NCBI RefSeq assembly: GCF_037042905.1
Contig: NC_087250.1
Location: 25,484,001 to 25,548,000 of the forward strand
Source of the DNA: Lytechinus pictus
Taxonomy: Eukaryota
Reading direction: 5' to 3'
DNA length: 64,000 nt
The notes beneath the pieces were generated by a model that searched no databases, was not told where the DNA came from, and saw nothing but the letters and a program-made list of their open reading frames with translations. Below, piece after piece: positions 13,517-26,933 of this stretch. How positions within the stretch are numbered: the first letter of the stretch is position 1; the number at the start of each line of letters is the position of its first letter. The position numbers and the translations under genes were made by a program.

Positions 13517-14355
13517 GAAGGGTATAGTTGCAAAAGGGGTTAGGTCCACTTTTTACTATTCCGAGAAAAACCATGTTTTTATTCTCACTTACTGCAATAC
13601 TCTTATAAGAAACTAAATTGTCATGATGCACTACCCTATCATGTGAACATAAAATTGGCTATAAAAGAAATCTACCTGTCTTCAAGTTTTTTTTTGTATA
13701 TAATCTTTCAAAATTATCATTGTGGACATAACCTCTTTTGCAACTAAACTTAAATGAATCCAATCGATTTTGATTAAAAAAGTGATGTTTCTTTGCCACT
13801 TTTGTTCATGTTTTCGTGTGAATTTCAAATTTTCGTTGTTTTCATCAGAACGACTAAAATTATAGAGGTTTTGAGACAGAAAACAATAAACATTTATGAA
13901 CAATGGACCTAACCCCTTTTGACAAATGAGCTCTTCAGAATAGTTTGTTTGCAAACATGGCAAAAGGTGTTATGTCCACTCTCCCATATTGCAATATTCT
14001 TATGCGAAACTAAATTGCAATATTGCAATATTCTTATGCGAAACTAAATTTCAATGATACCCTACCATGAGAACATAAAATTGTGTATAAATAAAATCTA
14101 CCTGTCTTCATATTTTTTAAAACATTCTTTAAAAGAGTGGTGTGGACCTAACCCCTTTTGCAACAAAACTGAAATTGACCTAATCCCTTTTGAAAAAAAG
14201 TTATTTTTCTTTGCCATTTTAGATCACTTTTTTTAATGGGAATTTCAACTTTTATTTGGTATCATCTAATAGAGATACTAAATATCTATACATTGAGACA
14301 AAAAAATCAAATTTGATAAAAAAATGGACCTAACCCTTTTGCAAGTGAGCTCTTC
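13517..14355. mobile_element. Non-autonomous TIR element with a duplicated right end
   Basis: Left end GAAGGGTATAGTTGCAAAAGGGGTTAGGTCCA. Right ends TGGACCTAACCC(C)TTTTG...GAGCTCTTC occur at about 13904-13936 and 14325-14355. Confidence 0.65.
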
Positions 14356-14406
14356 ATTTCCTTCCTATGCTGTTTACTTCATTGTTTTTTTTTGTCCCCT
14401 GAATAG

Positions 14407-14942
14407 GTTAGTAGTGTACAATTCGAGCAGTCCATCATGACAGCCGCTGTGACAGATGGACTATGGGTCTGTCTTAAATCATTCCCGATGCTAACTTCTC
14501 TAACCATCTCAGACTCATCTATCGATTTCACTCCATCTCCTCCTGAGCTACCATCCATCAGAAGTCTATCAGTTGAGGGAGTGACGTCACAGTGCTATAA
14601 AGGTCTGATCTCAACGCTCCCTGGCATGGTATATATCGATGTAACTATCGATGATTTAGAGGAGGACATAGCCCATATCGTATCTGTCCTCCGTCGGACA
14701 GGGGGACAGAAGCTCGAACGAATAATTATACGCAAAACTTCGTCATCATTCCCGTCACGGAAGAGTCCTTTCCAGAATGAGACAGAGGGAGGACCGAGGC
14801 TGCTTTTCGTCAAAAATAGTTTGGGCCCGAACATGCTTAAATTGCACAACCATGACAACGCTCTACATCCGGAAAAGAAAGGTCCTGTTGAAGTCCTCGA
14901 GTCGTTTGCATTCTTGGCATCATTGGCTCAACTGAAACTAGA
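14407..14942 (+). CDS. NLR coding exon 3: LRR-like module A
   Basis: Acceptor ATAG| at 14406 (phase 0, in frame with ORF 14437). LxxLxI pattern (LTSLTISDSSI, IRSLSV). Donor GA|GTGAGT (phase 2). Confidence 0.8.
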
Positions 14943-14980
14943 GTGAGTTGTTATTCCTTAGACAATAAGAATTACCTTAA

Positions 14981-15572
14981 AGGCAACTTCTCCCCAGAAA
15001 TGATTTGAATAAATAGAAAAAAATAAAACAAGATTTATGCGAAAAATTTCATCAAAAAAGAAAAGTAGAAAGTTTTGACATTTTAAAGTTTCGCTTATTT
15101 TTTTTTAAACAGTGATATGCACAACTCAGTGACATGCAAATGAGTCAGTCGATGTTGTCTCTCACTCACTATTCCTTTTGTTTTTTTATTGTTTGAACTA
15201 TACAATATTTCATTTTTTACAGATTTGACAATAAGGACCAACTTGATTGAAAGATATAGAATTAAAACAATGCTAATTACACATGATCAGGGATGAATTA
15301 ATCTTTATTTCACACGACAACAGGGAGAAAATTGGAATATTTCATATTTCATGAAATAAATTGCAAAAGAAATAGTGAGTGAGTGATTGATGTCATCAGT
15401 CTCCTCATTTGCATATGATGTGCATATAATTGTTTTGTGAAAAATATGCCAAACTTAAAAATGTCATAACTTTTTTTTTTATACATCCGATTTTGATGAA
15501 ATTTTCAGTGTTATGCTTGTTTGATTTTTCTTTTTTTTTCAAATCAATTTTTGTTGGGGTGGACCGTTGTCC
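14981..15572. mobile_element. Kolobok-like MITE (family of 6046)
   Basis: TTAA|AGGCAAC... GGGGTGGACCGTTGTCC|TTAA; internal sequence matches 6046-6638. Confidence 0.75.
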
Positions 15573-15576
15573 TTAA

Positions 15577-16158
15577 AGGAAAATGAAACTCTTGGAGCAA
15601 GTTGGCTTTTATGAAAGCAGAAAAATCAAAGAATAAGATCAACAAAAGTTTGAGTGAAATAGGACTAGCAATAGAAGAGTTATGAGCATTTGAATGTCGA
15701 GATCACTAATGCTATGGAGATCCTCCTATTGGCAATGCGACCAAGATCTATGATGTCACAGATGAACAACTCTCCCCTTTTGGACAGTGAAAATATACCC
15801 CAAAACATATTTTTTTGCTCATTCTAATCATATGACAAACGATTCATCAATGGTATAATGTTGTGAAACCTCTGTACCTGTCCTCTCATAAAGAGAACAC
15901 CTCACCTTGTGATAGACTCTATAAAAGTGAGAATATAAGTGAAATAAGTACTAAAGTAATGAGGGAGTTGTACGTGTGTGACATCACAGATCTTGGTCAC
16001 ATTGCCAATGGGGATCTACATGGCATTAGTGATCTCGACATTCAAATGCTCATAACTTTCTTATTATTCATTCAATCTTCCTCAAACTTTCAACAATATG
16101 TTTCTTTGATTTTTCTCTTTGATATGGATTCAGCTGGTTTCAAGGTTTTCATTCTCCT
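15577..16158. mobile_element. Second Kolobok-like MITE family
   Basis: TTAA|AGGAAAATGAAAC ... GTTTTCATTCTCCT|TTAA; inverted arms (GAATGTCGAGATCACTAATGC / GCATTAGTGATCTCGACATTC). Confidence 0.8.
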
Positions 16159-16210
16159 TTAATTCTGACCGTCTCATTTGTTAGCGTTAGGGGGGTGATT
16201 CTGTTCTTAA

Positions 16211-16976
16211 CCCTAAAAAGACTGGGGGGGGGGGGGGCTGATTCAGCCCCCCCCCCCTCGACATTTTTCGCGGTAAATCCGCCGCTTGAATGTTTTTGAC
16301 CGCGTCGCTCGCTGACTTTTTACTTTCAAGTCTCGCGCAACTTTTGAGACCAAAATTGTGACCCCCAGGTACGCGATTCCGAAATTACGCAACATTTCGT
16401 AAGTGCATGTAGACACAAAATTACTCAAAAACGTGAATTTGTGTACAAATCCAATGCAAATAGTGTTTTTAGCCAAAATTCATACATGTATCATTATTTT
16501 TCCTTTTACTGCTTAAAATCAATTAATTTAATTTTGGTTATGGTCAAAATAAAGTACCCGACAATTTCCATTTAAAAAACAATAAAAAGAAAAGTCGAAA
16601 AACAGAGAAATACATAAGAAAGTAAGAAAACAATAGAATACATAAGAAAATAAATGTGATGTTGAATTTTTTAAAAATAAATTTGATCAGATGCCTATCT
16701 AGAGTATGTGAAACAAAAACTAGCATTTTAGGGGCATTATTTTATTAATTAGAGCAAACTTATGATTTTACGCATAAATTAGCATAATTAATGAGCAATG
16801 AAATTTTTTGCAGAATTTGATATCATAGTATGTAGATAATGCCATGGGTAACGCGCATGCAAATTTTCGTCGCGATCGAGCGGTCGACGGCCGAGATCAC
16901 AAGGGGGGGGGGGGGGGCTGAATCACCCCCCCCCCCCAGTCTTCTTAGGCGTCGAAATAGCCCAGTCTATTTAGGG
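16211..16976. mobile_element. piggyBac-like MITE
   Basis: TTAA|CCCTAAAAAGACTGGG ... CCCAGTCTATTTAGGG|TTAA; CCC/GGG termini with TTAA TSD and a subterminal internal repeat. Confidence 0.8.
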
Positions 16977-16980
16977 TTAA

Positions 16981-17590
16981 AGGACACGTCCACCCAACAA
17001 AAAGTTGATTTGAATAAAAAGGGGGAAATACAACAAGCATAACTCTGAACATTTTTATCAAAAGCGGAATCCGATGATAAACAAGAAAGCTGTCATAATG
17101 AAATTTTAAAATGTTGCTTATTTTTACAAAACAGTTATATGCACATCCCGAATGGTATGCAAATTAGGGAATTGATGACATCACTCACTATTTCTTTTGT
17201 ATTTCATTCTTTGAAAAATATGAGACATGTTCTTATTTTCTCCTCATTTTTCTGTGAAACAAAGGTTAATTTCTCTCTGAACATATTGAATTACCATTGT
17301 TTAACATTTTATGGTTCAGTCAAGTTTGTCCTTATTTTCAAGTCTGTAAAAAATGAAATATTGTATTATTAAAACAATAAAAAACAAAATAAATAGTGAG
17401 GGACATCATCGATTCTCTCATTTGCATGTGCCTAAATTGTGCATACAACTAATTTGTGAAAAATAAGAAAAACTTTATAATGTCATAACATTCTTTTTTT
17501 AATCAGATTTTGATGAAATTTTAAGTATTATGCTTGTCTGATTTAATCTCTATTGATTCAAATGAATTTCTTTTGAGGTGATCATGACCT
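16981..17590. mobile_element. Kolobok-like MITE (family of 6046)
   Basis: TTAA|AGGACACGTCCACCC ... GATCATGACCT|TTAA. Confidence 0.78.
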
Positions 17591-18295
17591 TTAAGTAAAC
17601 GTGAGATTAGATTAAAATTGAATTAGCTACAAAGATTAGGCGAATTGAAATCCACCACAAGTCTATCGATACAACAAGTACAGTTTATAGAAAGTGGCGA
17701 GTCTTTCTCAGAATAGCTTGTTTTCCTACTCTTCATCAATAATCATTTGCATTTAAAGTTACAACTGCGTTCACAATTTTCTAATTAACATTGTCTTAAA
17801 GAGTGAAGAGTAAAAGTAAAGCAATAAAAATATTACCGATCATTCTCATTTCGTCCAGTAAATTAATGTCATCACTTCTTTTTTTTATTACACATTGACC
17901 AAATTTTGAAAATCGTAATTTTCTATAGTACTAGCTTACATAGCGTACTGCAAGAAAAAAAAAACCTTGGACCTTACAAGATAAAACTAAATCTGTATTA
18001 TACTGCATTATCATGACTGATGACGTGAATCATTTGACCACAAGGTTTTCAAGGTTTTTACCGAACTCTATGAATTAGAGACCCCACTGGTCATTTCCCG
18101 CTTGATAGTATTAGTATACATGGAAGGGGTCTATTAAAGGGTAATTCATTGGGATGGGAGATATTTATTAAACATTTTTCGTTACTAAAATTAAAACAGC
18201 TTTAGAGATTATACGGCTTTCGATATGTTTCAGACGACACATTTTTCCCCATCAATATGATAGGTCATAAATTTGCCTTTTCCTCTATTATATAG

Positions 18296-18344
18296 ATTTC
18301 TTGATGGTTGGTCTTTCAACTTCGAAACGTCGTTTAGGGTAGAG
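18296..18344 (+). CDS. NLR coding exon 4: predicted 49-nt small exon (EFLDGWSFNFETSFRVE)
   Basis: Pyrimidine tract TTTGCCTTTTCCTCT...ATAG| and donor GAG|GTAAGC. Phase 2 to 0 exactly bridges exon 3 and exon 5, with no stop. Confidence 0.65.
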
Positions 18345-19857
18345 GTAAGCATTGATTGTTTGGAAGTTTAATGATATGTTTCACGAGATTCGCTTTACCA
18401 TTAAACGATCATTTCAATCAATCCATAATTGTACGATCCCACCATTAGGAAAAAAGTACATATATTAAACGCAATTATTAGCCCCCTGTTCGCATGCAGG
18501 TTTTATTCAAAGTAGCATATTTCTAAATACGTACGTATAATTAAATTGAAAGTTTATCCTAAAGATTTTTTTTTTAATAGCAGAAAAATAATTTAAAATA
18601 TTGGTGAAGGTTGAGCGAATTCCATTAAACATGAAAAAGGGTATTAATAGGAGTGGGCTATGGGTCAAAAATATTTTTGGTGTCAATTCAATATGGCAAC
18701 AGTTCTTTTTTTTTCCTTGTAATGTGTCTCATCAAGAAATGAGAATATTTTTTGTCTTGGGTCCGAGAAAAAAGTGTGCCGGGCCAGAATCCACAACCCC
18801 CAAAAATCATAGTTTTGGCCACGAGTCCTTTATTTGGTGTTTTTTCTCTAGTTTTGGTGTCTATGTGTTTTTGGTAGAAGGCAATTTGTTTTTTCCTACA
18901 ATTAGTATTTTCAAACCATTATTTGTTGACTTAAAAGGTAATTTCACCTAAATTTTACAAAGATTTAGAGTTTTTTTTTTCAGCCAAAAAGTAGGTTTCA
19001 TCGTCCTGGGGTTCTTTGATATTAGATGATAAAAGTTCAACAATAGCAAGTAGCTTCCTATAATAGCTATATTGCTTTTATTCCTCTACTTTGGGTTTTA
19101 CGGATTTTTGCGAAACATATCTTATTAAACAAAAAAATGTCAATTATCCATTGGGGCTATAGAGTATATGTATATACGGTATATACTGCACTGCATACAT
19201 GTAAGTCCATGCATTGACCACCATGACATAAAACACGGCCTGTATACATACGTGTATAAACTATAGTGTCATAGAAATGACCTCTTGGGTTTAGAATTAG
19301 ATGCCTCAGAAATTGAAGATATGTTTTGTCTCGGAAATTGAAGATATGTTTTGTCAAATATGCTAATTCAGGGGCGGTGAGACGAAAATATTACCGATGG
19401 ATTATAGTCAACCTCGCGTTATGGCATTTACACTGTAGCTATTCTGGGCCCCGTCTCTAAAAAAATTACCATTATGTTAATTTTGCCGTCCAATGGTGAC
19501 TTGCACGGAACCTTGATTCTGATTGGCTCTTGATCAGCATTACCATGGTACCTGTCCCCATAAACATAGACCGGTGAGACATCACATCGAGGTAAAAAAA
19601 AAAACACCTCAAAATGAAGAAGATATGGTTAAAATATGATGTACGTATATGATATACATCTGATATTTATGTGCAATTTACATTGTATCTGGTTTTATCA
19701 TGTACATCAGCTGACAAGCAACCAAATACACAATTCGCAATCTAATTCTTAATCTCATGAGCTCATTTTTATGACACTATATACAGGCCTTGTTTAACAT
19801 GTTATATGCCATGGTGGTCAATGCATGGATATATTACCCTGAAGTAGAAAATGTTAT

Positions 19858-22800
19858 AACTGGCGCATTAATGATGTGGAGCTCATCCGGCATCTCGCAA
19901 CAAAATTTTAATTTCAGCCTATTTGACACTGTAGTGAATTACATTGGTGACATAAATTGAGGATATAGAATTGAAATTGATTAAAAAAAAATGACACAGA
20001 AGCATTTTTTTGTGTGATCTATGATTAAAGTTTATGTAAATTAAGCATAAATAATTTTCTAGTCAAGATTCCTAAACTCTGTAGAACCTTGGTGAACCTC
20101 ATGTAGCTCTCAGATGGAACAAAAATAATCAAAATCAATCAACAAATAAATAAGTATTTTTTGCGAGTTTTGAAAATATATGAATAAATTAGCATATTTA
20201 ATGAGTTTCAAAATTCTGTGTTGAAATGTTGTATCTACACCTCGAGCTATCATATAAAGCAAACAAAATTGAAATTGATCAATAAATGAAAAAAACCGCT
20301 TTTTGTGATTTACGAATAAACTGCAGAAATTAGCATAAATTCCTACGATATCGCGATCGCGAAACCTTTCTACGAGCAGCGTCATCGAAAGGGAAATCGC
20401 TTAAAGTCAACGATTCTCGTATCTTCGTAAGCGACGACGTCCATCCATCGACTCGTAAGGAACATCAGATCTTGATGAAGAAAGTTCGCGAGCTTCGCGC
20501 TGCAGGAAACTTCGCCTTTATTCCGTGGTCAGTTCCCCGTGTCATCAAATATAAAGAAGGGAAAAAAGATGATCCTGGCGCTTTAAAAACAATCAGGCCG
20601 GACGACCTTTAACATGTTCGATCATTTGCAAAGGAAAATGTAAACACTGAGTGTCACATATGGAGCTCCATACACTGTTTGGCAGATGCTAATCATCAGT
20701 GCTGTTACTTTTTTGTTATGTACAATTTATGAGCAATATATTTTTTTACAGTGTCCTCTACACATGATACAAAGAATCAATTTATTCAAGGATCCGAATA
20801 GTAGAAAAAAATTATTTTCCAAAGTGGTATATATGGGATGTAGTTTAATTAAAATGATTTTCAAACCAAAGAAAAAAACTTTTATGTATGACCAGTTTTA
20901 AAATCATATCACTCAATGTACGAGGTACATGTATAAGGAATTACGTTAAAAGAAAGAAATTTTTTATTTTTTTGCAAAACCAAAGGGCAGATATATTCTG
21001 CTTACAAGAAACACACAGTACAAAAGAAGTGGAATTATTTTGGAGAAACCAAATGAAAGGTGACTTTTTCTTTTCTCATGGTTCTAATTGCAGTCAAGGC
21101 ACCCTTATATATATTAAGAATGGTTTTGACTATGTGCTAAAATGGTCGTTATAAATCTTATTTTGATTGAAGTTGAAGGAAAATTACTCGTTTTGTTAAA
21201 CATATATGCACCGAACATTGTTACAGAGCAGAATTTTTTTTTGTATCGTATACAAGAGGTATTAGAAAGTATTGAGAACACTGAGGAAACAGTGTTACTG
21301 CTAGGCGGAGACTTCAATATTTGTCTAGATCCTCAATTGGATAGACTTGGAATTACAACCGAAGATAATTAAAAAAGAAAGTAGAAGAGATTTGATATCT
21401 CTGCTCTGTGAACATGACCTGGTGGACATATGGCGTCGCCAAAACCCTAAATTGAAGAGGTATGCATGGAGAAGGAATGACTTAAAAAGTCAGAGTAGAT
21501 TAGATTACTGGCTAATCTCAAATGAGATTCAAGATTTTGTGTCTGATGTTAATATCATACCATCGATAGCCACAGACCATTCTGCGATTATATTGTATCT
21601 TACTTTGAAAAAAGAAAAACCGGGAAATGGATATTGGAAATTTAATTCTTCTTTATGTTCTGATGAAAAATACTGTGAATCCCTTTAGGGAGATTTTGAG
21701 ATATGGAAACAAGAATGTGAATCATTCGATCCTGCATTTACATGGGAATATCTTAAATTTAAAATTAGAAGAATGACACAAATATTTAGCAAAAAGAAAG
21801 CCAAGTTGGTTAAACAGAAACGTGTTGAGTTAGAAGATAATGTGAAAAAACTAGAATATATCATCGGAGAAGGGGATAAGAATAAGATCTCACAGTATGA
21901 GAAAGCTAAAGAAGAATTAGAAGAATATTATAGAATTGTCACAAATGGATTAGAGTACGGTGAAAGAAGTAATAAATATTTTTTGTCTCTTGAAAAGCAT
22001 CATAAAAACAAATCTACCATTCGTAAGCTTGAAGTACAAAATGAAGTTCTAGAAGATGAAAGTAATATTCTTAAAGAAATAAAACATTTTTATAAATCAT
22101 TGTACTTGAAACAGCATGTTGAGTTGGACGATTCTAATGCCAGATCATTTTTGTACAATGAGATTAAACGTTTGGATGAAGAATCCCGAAACAGTTGTGA
22201 AGGTCTATTAAAAATAGACGAATGTCAGGCAGCGGTTAAAGCAATGCCAGTCGGAAAAATCACCAGGTAATGACGGATTCACAAAATAATTTTATGTGAG
22301 ATTTTGGGACATTTTGTTTGGCCCTCTGGACCTCTGGTAGCGGCATTGAATTATTCTTTTATAAAATCCGAATTATCTTCAAGTCAAAAACAGAGTGTTG
22401 TTACGTTGATACTTAAACCAAACAAAGATAAAAGATTTTTGGAAAATTATCTACCTATTTCATTGATGAATGTTGATGTCAAAATTTGCTCTAAAGTTCT
22501 TTCAACACGCTTACAAAAAGTAATACATTCAATAATCAATCCAGATCAACATGCTTTTATTAAAGGAATAAATATTGCAGAGGCAATTCGGAATGTACAT
22601 GATATGTTTTTTTTACCTTAATACTAAAGAAAAGGATGGTTACATTGTATCGATCGACTTTTAAAACGCCTTCGATTCGATCGATCACGAATTTATATTT
22701 AAAGCCCTTGAATCGATTGGCGTAGACCAATTTTTATCAAGTGGGTCAAAACACTATATTGTAACATTTAGGGATGTGTACTTAATAATGGCTTCTCTAC

Positions 22801-25636
22801 TGGTTACTTCCCTATTTCCAGAGGTGTAAGGCAGGGGATCCCTTATCTCCGTATCTCTTTTTGATAGCCATCGAAATTTTAGCTGTACGTATAAGACAAG
22901 AAAGGGAGATCATAGGTATTAGTTTTGGATCATATGAATCCAAACTTTCAATGTACGCCGATGATTTTTGTGCTTTTTGTTCAAATTATAATTCAGTGAA
23001 AGTCTTATTTAAAATACTAAGACAATTTCAGAGTTGTTCCAGCCTGATTTTTAATAAAGAAAAGACATAAATACTAAAAGTTGGCAAGTACAGAGATGGC
23101 CAATGTATTGATGGCGTTAGCACAGTAGAAAATATAAAAGTCCTTGGAACAGATGTTGGGTATGATGCTGCCGACCTCCAAGAGGGAAAAATTAGAGATC
23201 TAGTGCTATCCACAAGACGAGAATTAAATATGTGGAAACAACGAAATTTAACCCTGTTTGGTAAAATACAAAACATTAAGTCATTCGGGATATCAAAATT
23301 CATATATCTTTTTTCATCAATTATCTTACCTAGCTGGGCAGTGAAAGAAATTGAAACAATTTTTTATGGATTTTTGTGGAAAGGGAAAGATAAAATAAGG
23401 AGAAATGTACTTATTCAACGGATCGAAGAGGGAGGCCTCAAAATGGTTGATGTTAAATCGGCAATTTCTGCTCAGCAGCTAATGTGGATTTTAAGAATAA
23501 AAAATGGGAGCAACCAAGCTTGGTATAATATTTTCAAATTTTATACACGGAAAACAGGCGGAAAATTTTTACTTAACTGTAATTTTGAAAACAATTTATT
23601 ACATTCACAGCTCCATTCGTTTTATATTTCTGTATTGGAAAATTGGCAATTTATTCGTTCCTCAAAAGAAGATGAATCACTTGTTAATCAGATTATTTGG
23701 AATAATTCAGAGATACTGCTCAACAAAAGAATTATTTTTTTCTCAACACCTATTTGATAAAGGGATTATATCCAGGCATCATATTATGACATCAGATGGC
23801 TCTCTAAAAAGTTATAACTTGCTTAAAGATCAATTTGACATAAACGGCAATGACTATTTGCTACTGAAAGGAATATACTACTCTATAAAAATGAACAGTG
23901 ATCAAAATGTTATTCAATTCCATGTAGACGAAATTAATTTTCTAAAAGACAATATAGTAATGCCTGTTACATTTAGAGAAGTTAAGTCTATACGTAGCAA
24001 AAACTTTTACGATTATTTGGTTAAAAGTAAGAGAGAACAATCTCTCAGTTTTTGTCGATTAAAGGGTAAATACAGTTTAAGTGATTCCGAATTACACAAA
24101 GTTAGAAAGATAATGATAAATACAACCATTGATACAAAAACTAGAGAATTTCAGTTCAAAGTGCTAAACACCATTTTGTTTTTTAACTATAGGCTGTATA
24201 AAATGAAAATAAAAGATTCACCAGAATGCTCTTTGGGTTGAAAAGAATATTGTAATTATGTACAAATATTCTGGGATGAATTCAAGGCTTATTTATCGAT
24301 GTTGGATTTTTCAACACTAGGCGAGCAGACCATAATTATTGGATTTTTACATGACAAACAAGATGCTAAAATAAAGAATCATGTTTTACTTATAGCAAAG
24401 AGGTGTATTTACACGAGCATAAACGGTAACAATAAGCCAAGCATTGACTATTTTAAAAGAATGTTGTTTTCTTCGTACACAGAAGAAATGCACATCGCTA
24501 AAAGGAAGGGGAAGTTGTATATCCATCAAAGAAAATGGAAATGTATTATGCCACTATTCACTTCGAATCACTAATTGTATGTAACGAACCAGTACTTTCT
24601 TTGTTATATGCATTATTATGTGTAAACACAAAAAGTATGAATGTATCCTTATCGATCTGTATCATATGTTTTATTGGAAAGTATCAATAAAATACTATTG
24701 AAATATAAAAAAAAGCATAAATAATTTTCTAGACAAAATTTCAAAATTTTGTGTACAAATTTGGTGAACCTCATGCAGCTCTACCAGATGGAAGAAAAAA
24801 AAATCAAAATCGGTCAACAAATAAAGAAGAGGCATTTTCTGTGAATAATGAATACATTTTGCATAAATTAGCATAAATAATTTTCTACTGAAAATTTCAA
24901 AATTCTGTGTAGAAGTTCGGTTAACCTCATTAAGTTCTACCAGATGGAAGAAAAAAAAATCAAAATCGATCAACAATTAAAAAAGAAGAAGCATTTTATG
25001 TGAATTTTAAAAAATACGCATGACTTAGCATATTTAATGAGTTTCAAAATTATGTGTAGAAGTTTTGAACCCCCCACCTGATGCTATCATATAAAGCAAA
25101 CAGAATTAAAATCAGACTTGAAATGACGAAGAAGAAGCATTTTGAAAATTAGTCAACAAATTAAGAAGAGGCATTTTCTACAGGTGATTTATGAATTTTG
25201 CATAAATTAGCATAAATAAGTCAAGAAATAAAGAAGAAGAGGCATTATATGTGGGGTTTTTTTTAATATGCATAAATTAATTTCGCATAAGTTAGCATAA
25301 AAATTGTTCGGGTCAAAATTTAAAAAATTATGTGTAGAAGTTTGGTGAACCTCATAAAGCTCTACCAGATGAAAGCAACAAAATCAAAATCGGTCAATTA
25401 AAAAAAAAGAAGAAGCATTTTTTTGTGAATTTTGAAAAATGTGCATAAATTAGCATATTTAACGAGTTTCAAAATACTGTGTAGAAGTTTTGAATTCCCC
25501 ACCTAAAGCAAACAGAAAATGGAAATCGAACTTGAAACGGCGAAAAAGAAGCATTTTTAATTGTGGACGGACGACAGACGACGGACGCCACGCCACGGCA
25601 TAAGCTCATCTGGCCCTTCGGGCCGGATGAGCTAAA
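19858..25636 (-). mobile_element. Helentron-associated non-autonomous element (HINE/DINE-1-like) with a tandem-repeat core, carrying an L1 insertion
   Basis: 12-bp subterminal IRs AGCTCATCCGGC (19880-19891) / GCCGGATGAGCT (25622-25633), a terminal hairpin at 25603-25633, a GACG/GACA microsatellite at 25566-25590, and degenerate tandem units of roughly 150-190 bp on both sides of the LINE. Confidence 0.7.
20341..24713 (+). mobile_element. 5'-truncated, degenerate L1/Tx1-clade LINE (ORF1 C-terminus plus frameshifted ORF2)
   Basis: ORF1-like tail LRYRDRETFL...RIFVSDD... ending at 20611. ORF2 pieces: ISLNVRG/LQETH, GGDFN, RLDYW/TDHSA, PISLMNVDVKI, MYADD, GGLKM. Poly(A), and TSD AGCATAAAT at 20332-20340 and 24714-24722. 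Confidence 0.92.
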
Positions 25637-26214
25637 AATAGCCCAAAAATAGTTGAAAAATATTGGTGAAGGTTGAGCGAATTCCATAAAAGATAAAGAA
25701 AGGTATTAAGCTTTATAATTTCGCAGATGTGACGTCATAAACGAGTGGGTGTCACATTTTTTTAACGGCCGCAAAATGATTGTCTATTAATAAAACGAAG
25801 TACAATAAAACCCATTTCAGATTTTCGGAGAAAATGAAATTTCCTTGGTTTTTGACGTTACGATATGCAGGAAAGTTGTGGCATATGACGTCACAAATCA
25901 AATAATTAAAATTCTAATACTTTTGTTATTCTTTGATGGATTTTTCTTTAAAAAAAATATGCCAATATTTTTCTTCCATTCTTTTGGCAATTATTGCAAT
26001 AAACTTTTGTCAAGGTCAACTTTCCTTTTAAAACTGTTAATACAGTTTGACTGTACTAGCACAGGAGTAGATCAATCACTGTAATATGTTATATTTTCCC
26101 CCTTCAAGATATGTGCCAGGGAATCAACATATACCTTTTATGACATTTCTTTTTTTCATGCATTCTATTTATCTATTTATTTATTGTTTTATCTATTTAT
26201 ATATTTATTTTATT

Positions 26215-26219
26215 TTCAT

Positions 26220-26282
<63 letters not shown>

Positions 26283-26296
26283 TTATTATTATTATT
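26215..26296. repeat. (ATTT)n/(ATT)n microsatellite
   Basis: Directly visible tandem TTTA followed by TTA units. Confidence 0.9.
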
Positions 26297-26933
26297 TTTT
26301 TTTTTTGGGGGGGGGGGGATTCACCAAAGCATTGTCGTAACTGAAGGGGCTACCCTGGTAAATTGAAACTGAAATAAATTCGCGATAGTTGTAATTCATT
26401 TCATCATGCTGGTTAAAACCAGGGCTCTGTGCCAAACATTAAGTGGCCGCCAAAATACCGAAACAGACATAAACCATCCGTATACTCACAAAATTAAAAA
26501 TTACCAATCACACAAAACAGAGGAAACTGAACTTCATATAAATACTTGAAAAATCGTGTTGTGAGTTTTTTCTGGAAATTAAAGCAAGTAGATGAAAAGA
26601 GTAGTGCAATGTTTTATGAAATTTCGAATGCAAAAATGTAAAATTAATAAAGTAGTCTCTATTGTGTGACTGAACGTGCAGAACATAATCTCGAAGTAAG
26701 GACATTACATTTTTCTCGCCGAAATAAAACGTTTCGAGATGTCTAAAGATCCAATATATAAGGCCATCATTTTTTTTTACTAACTAGCGATATATATTAC
26801 TCAATTTGTTAATTCCTGTAGCATATATCCACCCATTAAGTAGTGAATAATAATCACGCTTGAAAAACGTTTTGTTATTCATATAACAACATTTTTAATA
26901 TATGCACGAATTTGTTTTCATTTTTTTCTTCAG

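Noticed and set aside
17929..18140. Possible extra NLR exon after TTCTATAG
   Set aside because: Stops occur in the frames needed to join exon 3 and exon 4.
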